NCBI GenBank assembly: GCA_002011115.2
Contig: MTME02000085.1
Span: forward strand, 1 to 56,053
DNA: 56,053 bases
Direction: 5' to 3'
Source: Candidatus Pyrohabitans sp. JdFR-17
GTDB taxonomy: Archaea; Hydrothermarchaeota; Hydrothermarchaeia; Hydrothermarchaeales; BMS3B
In this document: piece after piece, positions 26,572 through 36,561 of the stretch
Numbering within the stretch: position 1 is the stretch's first letter
Layout of the letters: every line of letters begins with the position of its first letter
Translations under genes and position numbers: made by a program
Notes under the pieces: model-generated
The model's database searches: none
Seen by the model: the letters and a program-made list of their open reading frames with translations, nothing else
Told to the model about the DNA's origin: nothing

Positions 26572-29500
26572 CTAAGCTGCCTTTTTCCTACTGAATATCA
26601 GAAGTGGTATGAGGGATATAAGAACGATGACGCTAGGACCACAGATCCCCTTCGTATTTTCATCTGGCACTTGAACCTCAGATTCCTCATGCTCCGTAGC
26701 TGTTGTTTTTTCATCTATTTCAACATATACTTCCGACTTATTTTCTACACCATCAGAGACACTTTCTTCCCCACCTTCAGTATTTGACCCCATAGAAAAA
26801 CCAAACATCGGGAAGTCATCAAATTTTCTTTCTTTTTTCAACTCTACGCCTTCAGTATTCCCCTCAACATAACCCTCTTCACCCGTCACAACAAAGTAGC
26901 TGAAGGTTTCAAATTCCGCCTCGTAGATATAGTGTTCACCATCCACACCAATATTTTTGGCTGGGAATTCTTCCCATTTGGCGGCATGGTAATGGAGCAG
27001 CTTCACTTTGTTGGGATTGATATTGTTCTCCTTCAACCACTCCTTTTTCACCTTAAACTTTATTTTAGCTTTCTCAATCGCCTTCGTGCTGAAATCTGCT
27101 TTAAATACCAAATATACCCTATCAGCCGGTGGCTTTTCAATATATTCTGGAAGTTCATCCAGAAATTCTATGATAATTTTCGCATAGTACAGGTCAACCT
27201 TAGGTTTTACTGCTATCTCCTCGATATCCTGTATTTCAATCATTATAAAAGCGTACTTACCTTTATTTGCTTCTTTTATCACCTTCTCTATTCTGTTTTT
27301 ATTCGTTTTACCTCCGCCGCCTCCTGCAGGAGGTATCTGCTTTTCCTCTATCAAGGTGGTTACTGTAATGTTGCTCCAGTTACCCCTGTTTCCTGCAGCA
27401 TCGAAGGTGCGGAGGGAGATATTGTAAGCTGTGGCTGGAAGGAGTCCCTTAATATTAAAGGATGTAAATGTGTAGTTAAGAGTTGCATTGGTCTCGTCGT
27501 TAACCCATATCTCTACACCTGCAAAATCAACATCCTCAGGATTCGTCCAGTTGAGGAAAATGCTTCTTACTCCCGAGGTGGCTGTGAGATTGCTCACCCT
27601 ACCTGGAGGGGTGGTGTCCACGCTGAAGTAAACTTCGGCAGAGGCAAGGTTGCCGGCTCTATCCAGGGCATAAACCACAATATGGTTTATTCCTTCCTGC
27701 GCGGTTATTGTGCTGTTGGGAGTTAAGGTGACATTGCCGGCGTTGTTGAGGCTGTAGGTCCAGGCGGAAATGCCCTCATTCGCAGTGACGTTTAGAGGTA
27801 TCTCTTTCGCGGTATAGGTTCTATTCAGAGGGGAGGTTATATTTACCACAGGCGGAGTTATATCGAGGGCTGCGTAAGTTCTCTTTACTGTCTCTACATT
27901 GCCGGCATTGTCTACACTGTAGTACTCAATGGTGTGGTTCCCTTCTGTGGTTATATTAACTGTTGTACCGTTTACCCAGCTTTGATTGTCCAGCTTATAG
28001 CTTGTGTAGGCGACACCGCTGAGATTATCCTGTGCGATGAGGCTGATCACAAACTCTGCGTTCTGCCAGCCTGCAGGAGAGTTGTCCGTGGTGATGGGTG
28101 GAGCTGTGTCCACATAGAAGTAAACCTGAGCACGGCCGAATACACCTGAAGTTGAGTTCGCCCATATTTCAAGGAGGTAATAGCCATCGCCGGAGGTTAT
28201 GGTTATGTTTTCCGGAGGGATGAAACTGTTGTTGGTGCTCCCATTTATGCTGTACAGCCAGATATGCACAGCCCTGTCCGAGGTTGCGTTCAGGAGGATT
28301 GTTGTTTCACTGTAGTAGGTGTTGTTCTCAGGAGAGATTATGGTTATATTGGGCGGATTAGGGTCTAAAACCGTAATAATTACCTCATTGCTGCTCACCC
28401 AGCCTACGGAGTCGTTGAACTCTATGGTGTAGTTGTATGCACCAAGCTGGGAGGTATCCACAGGTGCGGTAACATTGCTCGCATTACTGCTACTCCAAGG
28501 CTGCCAGTCCTCAATAACGCTACCATTTCTGAGCACTCTGTAGTAGCCACCCGCCACATTGTCGTACAGAGTCCAGGTGAGGTTGTAGGAAGAGTTTATG
28601 TCAACTTTTGTGTTCCCTGTCGAGGGAACCGCATAGGGCGGGGTGGTGTCCACTGTGAAATATACCCCTGAGGAGTTAGTATTGCCAGCAATGTCAGTGG
28701 CATAGATAATAAGATGGTTAAGTCCCTCGGAGGCATTTATGTTTGTAGGAAGAGTAACGTTCTGGTTTTCTCCATCGTTCAGGGATATACGCCAGGTTAC
28801 AGCCTCGCTGGCTGTGGCGTTGACGGTGATATTTCTGGTAGTGTACATGGTGCTGTTTTTCGGTGAGATTACCTGCATCGCTGGCGGAATTAGATCGACG
28901 GTGAAGTAGACACTCGAGTAGACCCAGTAACCTGCAACGTCATGAGCATAAACCTCCAGGGTATTGTTGCCCTCCACAACGCCATCCGTAGAATTTATTG
29001 TTGTGTTCGGAGTAAAGGTGACGTTGCCAGCGCTGTTCAGGTTATAAATCCATGCGGTTATCCTCTTATCTGAGGTTACATTAAGCGGTAGTTCTGTTGA
29101 ATTGTAGACTGCGTTGTTCGCTGGAGAAATTATGTAAATCACAGCGGGGGTTGCATTTATGTTGAGCCCTCTAACCTCAGAGAAACCAGTATTGTTACTC
29201 GCATCCTTCGCCTCGATGTAGTAGGAGGCATAACCCTGGGGAAAATCTGCCGGGCATAGCTGGTAGGTGCAGTAGGAGATATAACTACCCTGAGATAGAT
29301 TCATGGCAAATGCCTGCCCATCGAGGTAAAGAGTGCACCCCGCTATCGTCTCATTATAGGAGGTTACAGAAGCGTTGAGCAGTGTGCAGGAGTTTAACTC
29401 ATAGTTGGGGTGTAGATTTATGGAGAATATAACAGGAGGAGAGGTCTCGCGCTGCTTTATCAGCGGACCATAGTCGCCGCCGTTTTGTATATAGGTGTAT

Positions 29501-30501
29501 TCTGTTCCCTTAGTTGCATTGTATGGCAAGTTTGTGTCACCGATGCCGTCTACGTTGGTATCGCTGCCTTCATATGGAAGCAGTCCACCCCAGTAGTTGC
29601 CCTTTATGTAATTTCCACCAACGATATTTGTACCAGGAGTTTTTGAAATGTTGTAGTGGTTGTAGCCTCCCTGATCATCCTTACACGGGGGGCTGCCACA
29701 ATCAAAGTAGTTGTTGTAGAAAAGATTACCGGAGGAGGCATCATCGAAAAAGATACAGTAGGAAACTCTCCTAATGAAGTTGCCGGTAATTGTATTGCCA
29801 GTTGAAGAGGCGTTTATGTAGATGGCATAACCAGAATCGTATCCATCAACTTTGTCATTTACCACTTCATAAATATTATTGTTTATTATATTGGAATTAG
29901 AAACATTATAAAGTGCGATATATTTATTTGTATAAAGATTGGATGTAGTGCTTTCTTGAATAAAAGAGGAATCCTCCACAGTTATGTTGAAAGAATAGTG
30001 AATCTCAATGGCCGCTTTTTCAGCCTCGTAAACATATACCCCTCTTATGGTTACATTCTCAGAGGTATCGATATAGAAACCATGCTGAAAGCGGTCGCCT
30101 ATCGTGACATTCTCTATGGTGATGTTTTTTCCCCTAATCTGGAAAGCCTTTGCATTTCCTGGAGATGACGTAATTACAGTGAGATTTTTTACTTCTACAC
30201 CATTTGAATTTATGTTGATGTTATTAGAGTAGCTGACTTTAGCCAGATCAACAACAACAGTTCCCTGCTTGTGGCCATAGATTTTCAGGGATTTGTTTAT
30301 GACGATTCCGTAATTAACAGGGTAAGTCCCTGGACACACAACAATAGTATCGCCAGGGGAAGAAGAAATTACTGCCTGCTCTAGGGAAGAAACACTCAAA
30401 TCAGCAGAAACACAACCTGAGGACTGATTTACCTGAATAACCTGTCCACTGTCCGCGCCTACCAGCAGAAGGTACAGGAATAGTATAAAATATTTCTTCA
30501 T
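26572..30501 (-). CDS. Large surface glycoprotein: NosD beta-helix, Ig-like repeats, FN3, PGF-pre-PGF-like domain, CGP-CTERM anchor
   Basis: N.SKT.G.NIVGG..I.GNYW; repeated D..PP...I.SP.N..Y modules; F.V...W.....NP..V.L.....W...FS.F; ends ICGP + hydrophobic helix + RKK. Confidence 0.88.
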   Translation of the reverse strand: MKKYFILFLYLLLVGADSGQVIQVNQSSGCVSADLSVSSLEQAVISSSPGDTIVVCPGTYPVNYGIVINKSLKIYGHKQGTVVVDLAKVSYSNNININSNGVEVKNLTVITSSPGNAKAFQIRGKNITIENVTIGDRFQHGFYIDTSENVTIRGVYVYEAEKAAIEIHYSFNITVEDSSFIQESTTSNLYTNKYIALYNVSNSNIINNNIYEVVNDKVDGYDSGYAIYINASSTGNTITGNFIRRVSYCIFFDDASSGNLFYNNYFDCGSPPCKDDQGGYNHYNISKTPGTNIVGGNYIKGNYWGGLLPYEGSDTNVDGIGDTNLPYNATKGTEYTYIQNGGDYGPLIKQRETSPPVIFSINLHPNYELNSCTLLNASVTSYNETIAGCTLYLDGQAFAMNLSQGSYISYCTYQLCPADFPQGYASYYIEAKDASNNTGFSEVRGLNINATPAVIYIISPANNAVYNSTELPLNVTSDKRITAWIYNLNSAGNVTFTPNTTINSTDGVVEGNNTLEVYAHDVAGYWVYSSVYFTVDLIPPAMQVISPKNSTMYTTRNITVNATASEAVTWRISLNDGENQNVTLPTNINASEGLNHLIIYATDIAGNTNSSGVYFTVDTTPPYAVPSTGNTKVDINSSYNLTWTLYDNVAGGYYRVLRNGSVIEDWQPWSSSNASNVTAPVDTSQLGAYNYTIEFNDSVGWVSSNEVIITVLDPNPPNITIISPENNTYYSETTILLNATSDRAVHIWLYSINGSTNNSFIPPENITITSGDGYYLLEIWANSTSGVFGRAQVYFYVDTAPPITTDNSPAGWQNAEFVISLIAQDNLSGVAYTSYKLDNQSWVNGTTVNITTEGNHTIEYYSVDNAGNVETVKRTYAALDITPPVVNITSPLNRTYTAKEIPLNVTANEGISAWTYSLNNAGNVTLTPNSTITAQEGINHIVVYALDRAGNLASAEVYFSVDTTPPGRVSNLTATSGVRSIFLNWTNPEDVDFAGVEIWVNDETNATLNYTFTSFNIKGLLPATAYNISLRTFDAAGNRGNWSNITVTTLIEEKQIPPAGGGGGKTNKNRIEKVIKEANKGKYAFIMIEIQDIEEIAVKPKVDLYYAKIIIEFLDELPEYIEKPPADRVYLVFKADFSTKAIEKAKIKFKVKKEWLKENNINPNKVKLLHYHAAKWEEFPAKNIGVDGEHYIYEAEFETFSYFVVTGEEGYVEGNTEGVELKKERKFDDFPMFGFSMGSNTEGGEESVSDGVENKSEVYVEIDEKTTATEHEESEVQVPDENTKGICGPSVIVLISLIPLLIFSRKKAA

Positions 30502-30537
30502 CTACCATATTGAAAAATTTTAACAATAACATAAATT

Positions 30538-32211
30538 TTATTTGTACAGATACAGAAGGTACAGGATTATAAGTACAAACTGAATCACCAAGGTGATCTT
30601 TATCGGGAGGGCAAACTCCTGAGGCACCTCTCCACCGTACTTCTTCCTTAAGACCAGCATCAGAGCCACAAGAGCAACTATCAGGAAGCCAATAATTAGC
30701 AGGGGCGTCTTTGGCTTTTTAACCTCAACCGGAGCAAAAAGTTCCTCCTCTTCTGCGGTTTCATTTCTCTTTAGCTGTTCAATAACCTCTGGCCTCTGGA
30801 CGAGTACCACCTCACTCAGAGTAGAATTTACAATGGATAACTTCCATGCCCCTTCAGTGAGAGGTAGAGTCACGTTGAATATCACAGTCTTCTCCACATT
30901 CGGCTCAGCGAATACCGTCTGCCTGAGGCGATAACCTTTTGTCTCACCCCTTATATCCATCAGAATATCCACTGTTCCCTCTTTCCCAACATTTTTGAAT
31001 TTCACTTTAACTGAGAAGGGCTGGGAGATATTGACTATAAAGTCACTTGGTTCGATGGAGATAAATTTAAGTACAGGAATGGTGAGCTTTTCCTCCTTCA
31101 GCTCTGGAAGCACCTCAAAGGGTATCTTCGCAAAGTAAACAAGGTTTTCCTCCCCTGCCGGTTTGAGTATACCAAGGATGTTGTATGGGGCATCACTGAC
31201 ATCTCTGCCCTCTCTTATGCTTCTGTACGCATCTATTTTCTTAGTATCATAGCTCTCGGAATAATCACTCAGGCTTTTTATGAATTCCCTGAGAGGCTCA
31301 GGATTAGCTCTGTCATAGATTTTGACTAGTAGGAAATACTTACCTTCAGGCAACTCATAGGAAAATGTATGGGAAATTGTATCTGCTGGATATTTTATGT
31401 ACCGTTCGGTAGACTTAGAGTAGTATATGGGCTCATTTTTATTATTCGTTATGAGGAAGAAATAATCAAGAGCAACTATTCCATTATGGATGCCTCTGGA
31501 TAAGGATAAATTGAAAGTAAATGGTTTTTGAGAAACAAATATGGGCTTGTTCAGGATCTGTGAACCTATATAATATGAAATGTTCACGGGATACTGCACT
31601 ATCTCCCTCGTGGTCCTGACTGCTGCTTCTTTAGCTATGGCCTTCTTCTTAACTATCCTGAATTTTAAGGTTTTTGTCAACACTGACTGAGCAAAGGTTT
31701 CGCTCTTTAGGTAGCCAGAATAACCACCCACATTAATGCCCTCTGGCTGGTCAGTAAATGACATGGCTGCACTGTAGTCGGGATTGAACCATTCCAGGGC
31801 TCTGGCATACATCTTTCTGACTTTCTCCTCATCCGCCACATCGTAAGCACGAACCTTAATATAGTATTGCCCCTCCTCCCAGGTGTCTGGAATTTTAAAT
31901 TCTGGTGTTATGAACACATTTCTTACATGGTGCCTGTATCTCACGTTGTAGGGTATAACATCCTTAATTTCAAGTCTGCTATTAAAAACAATGATGTAGA
32001 AATTTACAGCAACAAAACCGGCATGATCTACGTCGTTTACTTCAACATAAAGTTTGACTTTCTCACCTGGCTGATACACTGGTTCCTCAACCTCGGTGTA
32101 GATGCCCAAGCCCTGGACATCAGACACTATTACAGCCTTTCCAGCTGCAAACACACCGGAGATTGTTAAAATGAACACCACTGGCACAGCAATCAACATA
32201 TTTGCCTTCAT
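30538..32211 (-). CDS. Exported protein with duplicated Ig-like domains and a C-terminal two-TM anchor
   Basis: Signal peptide; internal repeat EGQYYIKVRAYD / EGKYFLLVKIYD; two C-terminal TM helices. Confidence 0.8.
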   Translation of the reverse strand: MKANMLIAVPVVFILTISGVFAAGKAVIVSDVQGLGIYTEVEEPVYQPGEKVKLYVEVNDVDHAGFVAVNFYIIVFNSRLEIKDVIPYNVRYRHHVRNVFITPEFKIPDTWEEGQYYIKVRAYDVADEEKVRKMYARALEWFNPDYSAAMSFTDQPEGINVGGYSGYLKSETFAQSVLTKTLKFRIVKKKAIAKEAAVRTTREIVQYPVNISYYIGSQILNKPIFVSQKPFTFNLSLSRGIHNGIVALDYFFLITNNKNEPIYYSKSTERYIKYPADTISHTFSYELPEGKYFLLVKIYDRANPEPLREFIKSLSDYSESYDTKKIDAYRSIREGRDVSDAPYNILGILKPAGEENLVYFAKIPFEVLPELKEEKLTIPVLKFISIEPSDFIVNISQPFSVKVKFKNVGKEGTVDILMDIRGETKGYRLRQTVFAEPNVEKTVIFNVTLPLTEGAWKLSIVNSTLSEVVLVQRPEVIEQLKRNETAEEEELFAPVEVKKPKTPLLIIGFLIVALVALMLVLRKKYGGEVPQEFALPIKITLVIQFVLIILYLLYLYK

Positions 32212-32215
32212 GGCA

Positions 32216-32665
32216 TCACTCCAGTATCGCTGATCCACTTACGAAAGAAGATGACCATCTAACACTCTTGCTCCTCAAGGTTATATAGTATCTCACCTCA
32301 TCCCCCTTTTGGGGACTGTATCCATCCTCTGTGATCAGCACCACCTTGTAGTTCCCAGATCCTTTATACTGAACCAAGCCCCAGTAGGTTGAATGAGTAA
32401 CATTCTTGTTTTCTTTTGGTATCACATAGCCCCTGAAGGCTATGAAGGGAGGATAATCAACTCCCGGCACCTTATAATCTGTTAAATCCACTGGCGAAAT
32501 GTTTACTTTAACCGAATCTGGAACTATTTTGTTGTTTTCGATTCTCACTTCAAACGCTATACCGTTTATCTCTTTTGGCTTAATGTCGATACAGCCACTC
32601 AGCCACAGACTAGAAAATAATATCAATGATAAAAGCAAGAATCTTCGAGATTGTAATAAATCCAA
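32216..32665 (-). CDS. Putative lipoprotein
   Basis: Hydrophobic leader ending in lipobox LSGC; start uncertain because it overlaps the upstream gene. Confidence 0.7.
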   Translation of the reverse strand: MDLLQSRRFLLLSLILFSSLWLSGCIDIKPKEINGIAFEVRIENNKIVPDSVKVNISPVDLTDYKVPGVDYPPFIAFRGYVIPKENKNVTHSTYWGLVQYKGSGNYKVVLITEDGYSPQKGDEVRYYITLRSKSVRWSSSFVSGSAILE

Positions 32666-33287
32666 CTTTTTTCACCTCCTGCTTTGGCTGTTCCCTACTA
32701 ATTGTCTTGTTAATTATCTCCTCATTGAGATCTAACTTTTCAAGATCTTCTTTTGTAAATCTGGAAGCGAAGGCTGACCCATGGCACATCTTACACACAT
32801 TCCCAAGTATATTCGCATGTATATAGTGGATGTCATATTTGTGGCAGCTTTTGCACTCCATGGTTTTTGGCTTGCTAACTATAAAATCTGTTACATTCTG
32901 TATTTCGTGACACTTTACGCAGGGGGTCTCTTTATGTATCTTAAGATGGTATGCCTGATAAGTCACATTTTTTGTGCCTGCATGACACAACCTGCAGTGA
33001 TTTGAATCGTGAAGCTCCCTTACATCATTAATTCTCACACTATATCCATTGGCCACGTCGCTCTGATGACACCTGCAGCCCTCCTGAAGGAATTTTTCCT
33101 CGTACTCTTTGTCTGGCATCAGGAAGGCATGGCAGTATATGCACTTGCTTCCGCCATGTCCCATCCCCGCAAAATTTCTTACAAGAGGGTCTAACCCTTC
33201 TATCTTCGTATATTCTTCTTGAGAATATACCTGGGCAACGGTTACCATAGCCACCACTAATGCTGCAAATACCAGAGCAGCCTTCAT
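32610..33287 (-). CDS. Exported multiheme c-type cytochrome (5 CxxCH + 1 CxCH) with hydrophobic C-terminus
   Basis: CIYCH, CRCH, CRLCH, CVKCH, CKSCH, CKMCH; signal peptide. Confidence 0.9.
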   Translation of the reverse strand: MKAALVFAALVVAMVTVAQVYSQEEYTKIEGLDPLVRNFAGMGHGGSKCIYCHAFLMPDKEYEEKFLQEGCRCHQSDVANGYSVRINDVRELHDSNHCRLCHAGTKNVTYQAYHLKIHKETPCVKCHEIQNVTDFIVSKPKTMECKSCHKYDIHYIHANILGNVCKMCHGSAFASRFTKEDLEKLDLNEEIINKTISREQPKQEVKKVGFITISKILAFIIDIIF

Positions 33288-33295
33288 GCAATCGC

Positions 33296-34453
33296 CTATC
33301 TAAATTTTTTGAGTTTTTCATATAAGGCATAGAGGAAGCTTTGGGTAAATGGCGGCTTACTGGAGTCAAACAGTTTTGTTCTTCTATTTGTTCCCTGCAT
33401 CGCAAGGTATAGGGCAAGCACCTCGGCTAGGGTGTCTTTATCGAGGGTTATTGTTATACTATTATCATCAGTACTTATATATCCACCATTCCGATGGTAA
33501 CTACCACCATTTGCCTCGTATCTATTACCCCCTTCATTTGTGTGATATTTATCTCCGCCATTGCGTTGATATGGAGGCTTCTTACCAATTATTTTGTCAA
33601 GAATTTCTTTAACAGCCTCCACTTCAGCCGACGTAGCAGAGGATCCTCCATTTCTCATCTTTAAACCTTTTCCCCCATCTCTATAGGTTTCCATGGGTTT
33701 CTCTATAAAAGGAATCCTGCCTGTTGCATAATACGTTGCTATTGCATAATAACCGACGACATAAAAGATAAGGGTCAGAAACAGAAAAATGTGAAGAGTC
33801 TGCAGATCAAAATAGGCAAGAAGTATAAGACTGGTTATAGGTATAACGAGAATTGGAAAGATTATAAATATGTAAGCAGAGATATCGCTGAAGAGATCAT
33901 ACTCATCGGTAATTAGATACCACCAGAGAAATATGAGAATGAGAATCAAATATATGCTGTTGGGCGATAGCTTGATGTAGAGAAATATTATTGCTCCAAG
34001 AGTCAATATGGACATATTGAGGGACCTGATAAGAAAGGTCATGTTTGGCGCAAATGGTACCGTCGGGGTATGTGCTGTGGTGGCCTGCCTCTCTTTTGAG
34101 ATATAGGAAACCCTTTTGCTCAGAGCATCCACCTTCTCAGAGAGGTCGTCAATAGCAACTTGATACCTGCTGATCTCTTTAAGAAATGGCTCAAATTTTT
34201 CCAGCAAAAGGTACCTGAATTCCCTATCTGCAATGAGGTTTCTCCTAAATTTGGAGTTTATTCTGTAGGCACCGCTCAAAAGCAGCACACCAAGAAAAAG
34301 GAATATCAAGTCAAGAACAAGAGCACGCATGTCAGGAGTTATCATTGTATCATTGAATATCGAAACAAGCGATAGAAATATAATCCCAATAGGCACCATG
34401 TAGGATGAGTACAGGGCGAGCCTTTCACTCAGCTCAACATTATATGCGTTCAT
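33296..34453 (-). CDS. Polytopic membrane protein with cytoplasmic coiled coil and NGG-repeat tail
   Basis: 2 TM, coiled coil, 4 TM, then repeats RNGG/RNGG/NEGG/ANGG/RNGG; start probably MNAYNV (ORF track start 34531). Confidence 0.75.
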   Translation of the reverse strand: MNAYNVELSERLALYSSYMVPIGIIFLSLVSIFNDTMITPDMRALVLDLIFLFLGVLLLSGAYRINSKFRRNLIADREFRYLLLEKFEPFLKEISRYQVAIDDLSEKVDALSKRVSYISKERQATTAHTPTVPFAPNMTFLIRSLNMSILTLGAIIFLYIKLSPNSIYLILILIFLWWYLITDEYDLFSDISAYIFIIFPILVIPITSLILLAYFDLQTLHIFLFLTLIFYVVGYYAIATYYATGRIPFIEKPMETYRDGGKGLKMRNGGSSATSAEVEAVKEILDKIIGKKPPYQRNGGDKYHTNEGGNRYEANGGSYHRNGGYISTDDNSITITLDKDTLAEVLALYLAMQGTNRRTKLFDSSKPPFTQSFLYALYEKLKKFR

Positions 34454-34574
34454 ATGTATCACTATAGATTTCAGGACTAACATATATAAATATTTTTTTA
34501 TTTTTTTAAATAACATTTCATTTTGAGCCAATGATATTTAATTTCTCCTCTCCCCTCCTAAAGGTTCTGAGTAG

Positions 34575-34925
34575 ATGGTAAAAATTATGCAGCCATCTTT
34601 AGGGAGGGATTGTGAGTTATGGTGAAGTGGCTGTCTAGACATTCGATGGTTTCAGCCGCATGCACATCATCGCTAAAATGGTGTTTTGTGGTCTCTCCAG
34701 TTCTGGGGTTGCCCATAGCATTATAGTCTCTGCAGTTTAAGCTTTGCTTTTAAGATAGATCCTCTTCTCAAAGGCTTCTCTCTGTCTTAAATGGCAGGAT
34801 GAACAATTGACCATCTTCCTTTAGACAAAAATGTGGTCACCTTTAAATGTAAATTTTGCTGTTATCTGTACAGATAGTGGTGTAATAAAGAGAAACAACA
34901 CAAAGAGTAGTAAAAATCCCTTCAT
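34575..34925 (-). pseudogene. Degraded third paralog of the tetraheme cytochromes
   Basis: Hand translation from ATG 34925: MKGFLLLFVLFLFITPLSVQITAKFTFKGDHIFV*RKMVNCSSCH; after a frameshift LNCRDYN...HAAETIECLDSH. Confidence 0.8.
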
Positions 34926-35662
34926 CTCGGTACATTTCTAACTCTGGACTCTCTCACCTCAAGCAGTATATACAGAAGCATCACCACCAGGAAGACCAGC
35001 ATTCCCATCTTTCTCGTGGTGCCAAGAACATATTGGATAACCAGAGGGTTGGTTATAGCCTTGCCTGGCTCAACTATTAAACTCTCGCCAACTTGCTTTA
35101 TAATCAAAGGGTGACCAAATAGAGTAACTGCCTTACCTACAATTTTTTCTGGAGGCACCTCCCATGGGTCTGGAACTGGCATGGCATCGCCCTTAGTTTT
35201 TACCATCCCATCTCTGGTTATACTGTAAACCCTGTGGATTACAAACTCCCTCCTCTCCTGATCAAGCTCTATAAAACCTGAAAATAGAATTATATCGCCA
35301 ACCTCTGGTTCCTTAGATAGAGTTTGAATAAGAACCAGGTCGCCCTTCTCAAAGGTTGGACGCATGCTGTCGCTCACCACGACAGCGAAGAAAAATATCT
35401 TTGAAAGAATTAAATAGCCGAGGAAGAGGTAGAAAATGGAGATGAGTATAATTTCAGAAATGGTCTTAGGTCTGTAAGGAAATACCATCTGATACATTCT
35501 GCTAGCAACTTTCCTTTCCCTTGTCTTCCTCAGTATTCTCTCCCTAATGGGACTTATTTTAAGAAGGAGCTTGGTAACTGGAAGGCGAACGCCGCTGATG
35601 AAGTATATTATTACTAGGATAACTGCAAAGTAGAATATGAGCATTTTCTGGATGAAGTTCAT
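34922..35662 (-). CDS. Signal peptidase I (S26, Sec11 type)
   Basis: VVSDSMRPT..KGDLV, VIHRV, KTKGD, PDPW (Ser-His type); extra N-terminal TMs; start uncertain. Confidence 0.92.
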   Translation of the reverse strand: MNFIQKMLIFYFAVILVIIYFISGVRLPVTKLLLKISPIRERILRKTRERKVASRMYQMVFPYRPKTISEIILISIFYLFLGYLILSKIFFFAVVVSDSMRPTFEKGDLVLIQTLSKEPEVGDIILFSGFIELDQERREFVIHRVYSITRDGMVKTKGDAMPVPDPWEVPPEKIVGKAVTLFGHPLIIKQVGESLIVEPGKAITNPLVIQYVLGTTRKMGMLVFLVVMLLYILLEVRESRVRNVPR

Positions 35663-35790
35663 ACTATTAATTGTATAAAATAACATTGAAAAATTGTTGA
35701 ATAAAATGAAAATTTGTACCTTAAAAATTGACATGAAAATCGTCGGTTGTGCACCTATTCATCAGCTGCGATTCTTTCTCCTTATTTACT

Positions 35791-35812
35791 TAAAATTAAA
35801 AAGAAAAAGGGG
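35791..35812 (-). terminator. Oligo-T tract after the tetraheme cytochrome gene
   Basis: Minus strand reads CCCCTTTTTCTTTTTAATTTTA just after the stop at 35825. Confidence 0.5.
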
Positions 35813-35824
35813 TGAGGGACGTAT

Positions 35825-36502
35825 TTACGGCTTATTGATACCAAATGTTATACTCCAGTTGAAGCCATAGCCGTCGTTGTAGCAGTTGGGATCTGGCGTA
35901 CCAGTAAATCCAGAATACCAGCCTGTGCAGTTAGTAGCAGTTGCAGTTACGTTGAGGTACTGGGTTGGCTCAATTATCGTGACATTAGCAGCATAGGTAT
36001 GGCAGGATATACACGCTTCATTGGCGCCCTGTAGCATGTCATTTGTATCAACGCCAGAGGCGTTCTTTGCCCTATAGTACAGTGGTTTGTGTGCCTCGAC
36101 ATTGCCGCCCTCGAACTCTGCTGTAACGTTGGCTCCGGGTATAGTCAAACCACCGTTGTCAGTTGTGGTACCATTTCTGACACCATGGCAGTAGAGACAC
36201 TCAACCATAGCTGCAGCGTGGTAGCTGGCTGTAGCACCTCCATATGGGTTATAGTAATCTTCACCAGGTCTCTTATTATTCGGTATATGGCATACTCTGC
36301 ATGGCGAAGTTCCTATAGTAGACTTGTTCCAGTCGTGCGCATTACCTGAATGAAGCTCGTTACTTATTGTGGTGTGGCACCGCTCGCAGTCTACTGAACT
36401 TCCGTTAATAAACTGATGCTGCCCTGTGAACTTCGCCATGGCGCTAGGCATCACTAGAAATATCACTGCAACCAAACCAAGCACCAGCAAGAGTTTCCTC
36501 AT
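35825..36502 (-). CDS. Exported tetraheme c-type cytochrome A (nanowire-subunit-like)
   Basis: Signal peptide; KFTGQHQF; CERCH, CRVCH, CLYCH, CISCH; strong SD AGGAGGTGA at 36509-36517. Confidence 0.92.
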   Translation of the reverse strand: MRKLLLVLGLVAVIFLVMPSAMAKFTGQHQFINGSSVDCERCHTTISNELHSGNAHDWNKSTIGTSPCRVCHIPNNKRPGEDYYNPYGGATASYHAAAMVECLYCHGVRNGTTTDNGGLTIPGANVTAEFEGGNVEAHKPLYYRAKNASGVDTNDMLQGANEACISCHTYAANVTIIEPTQYLNVTATATNCTGWYSGFTGTPDPNCYNDGYGFNWSITFGINKP

Positions 36503-36561
36503 GTGTTTTCACCTCCTATTGTATATTTTTTTAATATAATTTAAATATTTTTCCATTACCT

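Noticed and set aside
34821-34823. Recoded stop (Pyl/Sec) in the third cytochrome paralog
   Set aside because: The stop is TAA and is accompanied by frameshifts and lost Cys residues, consistent with decay
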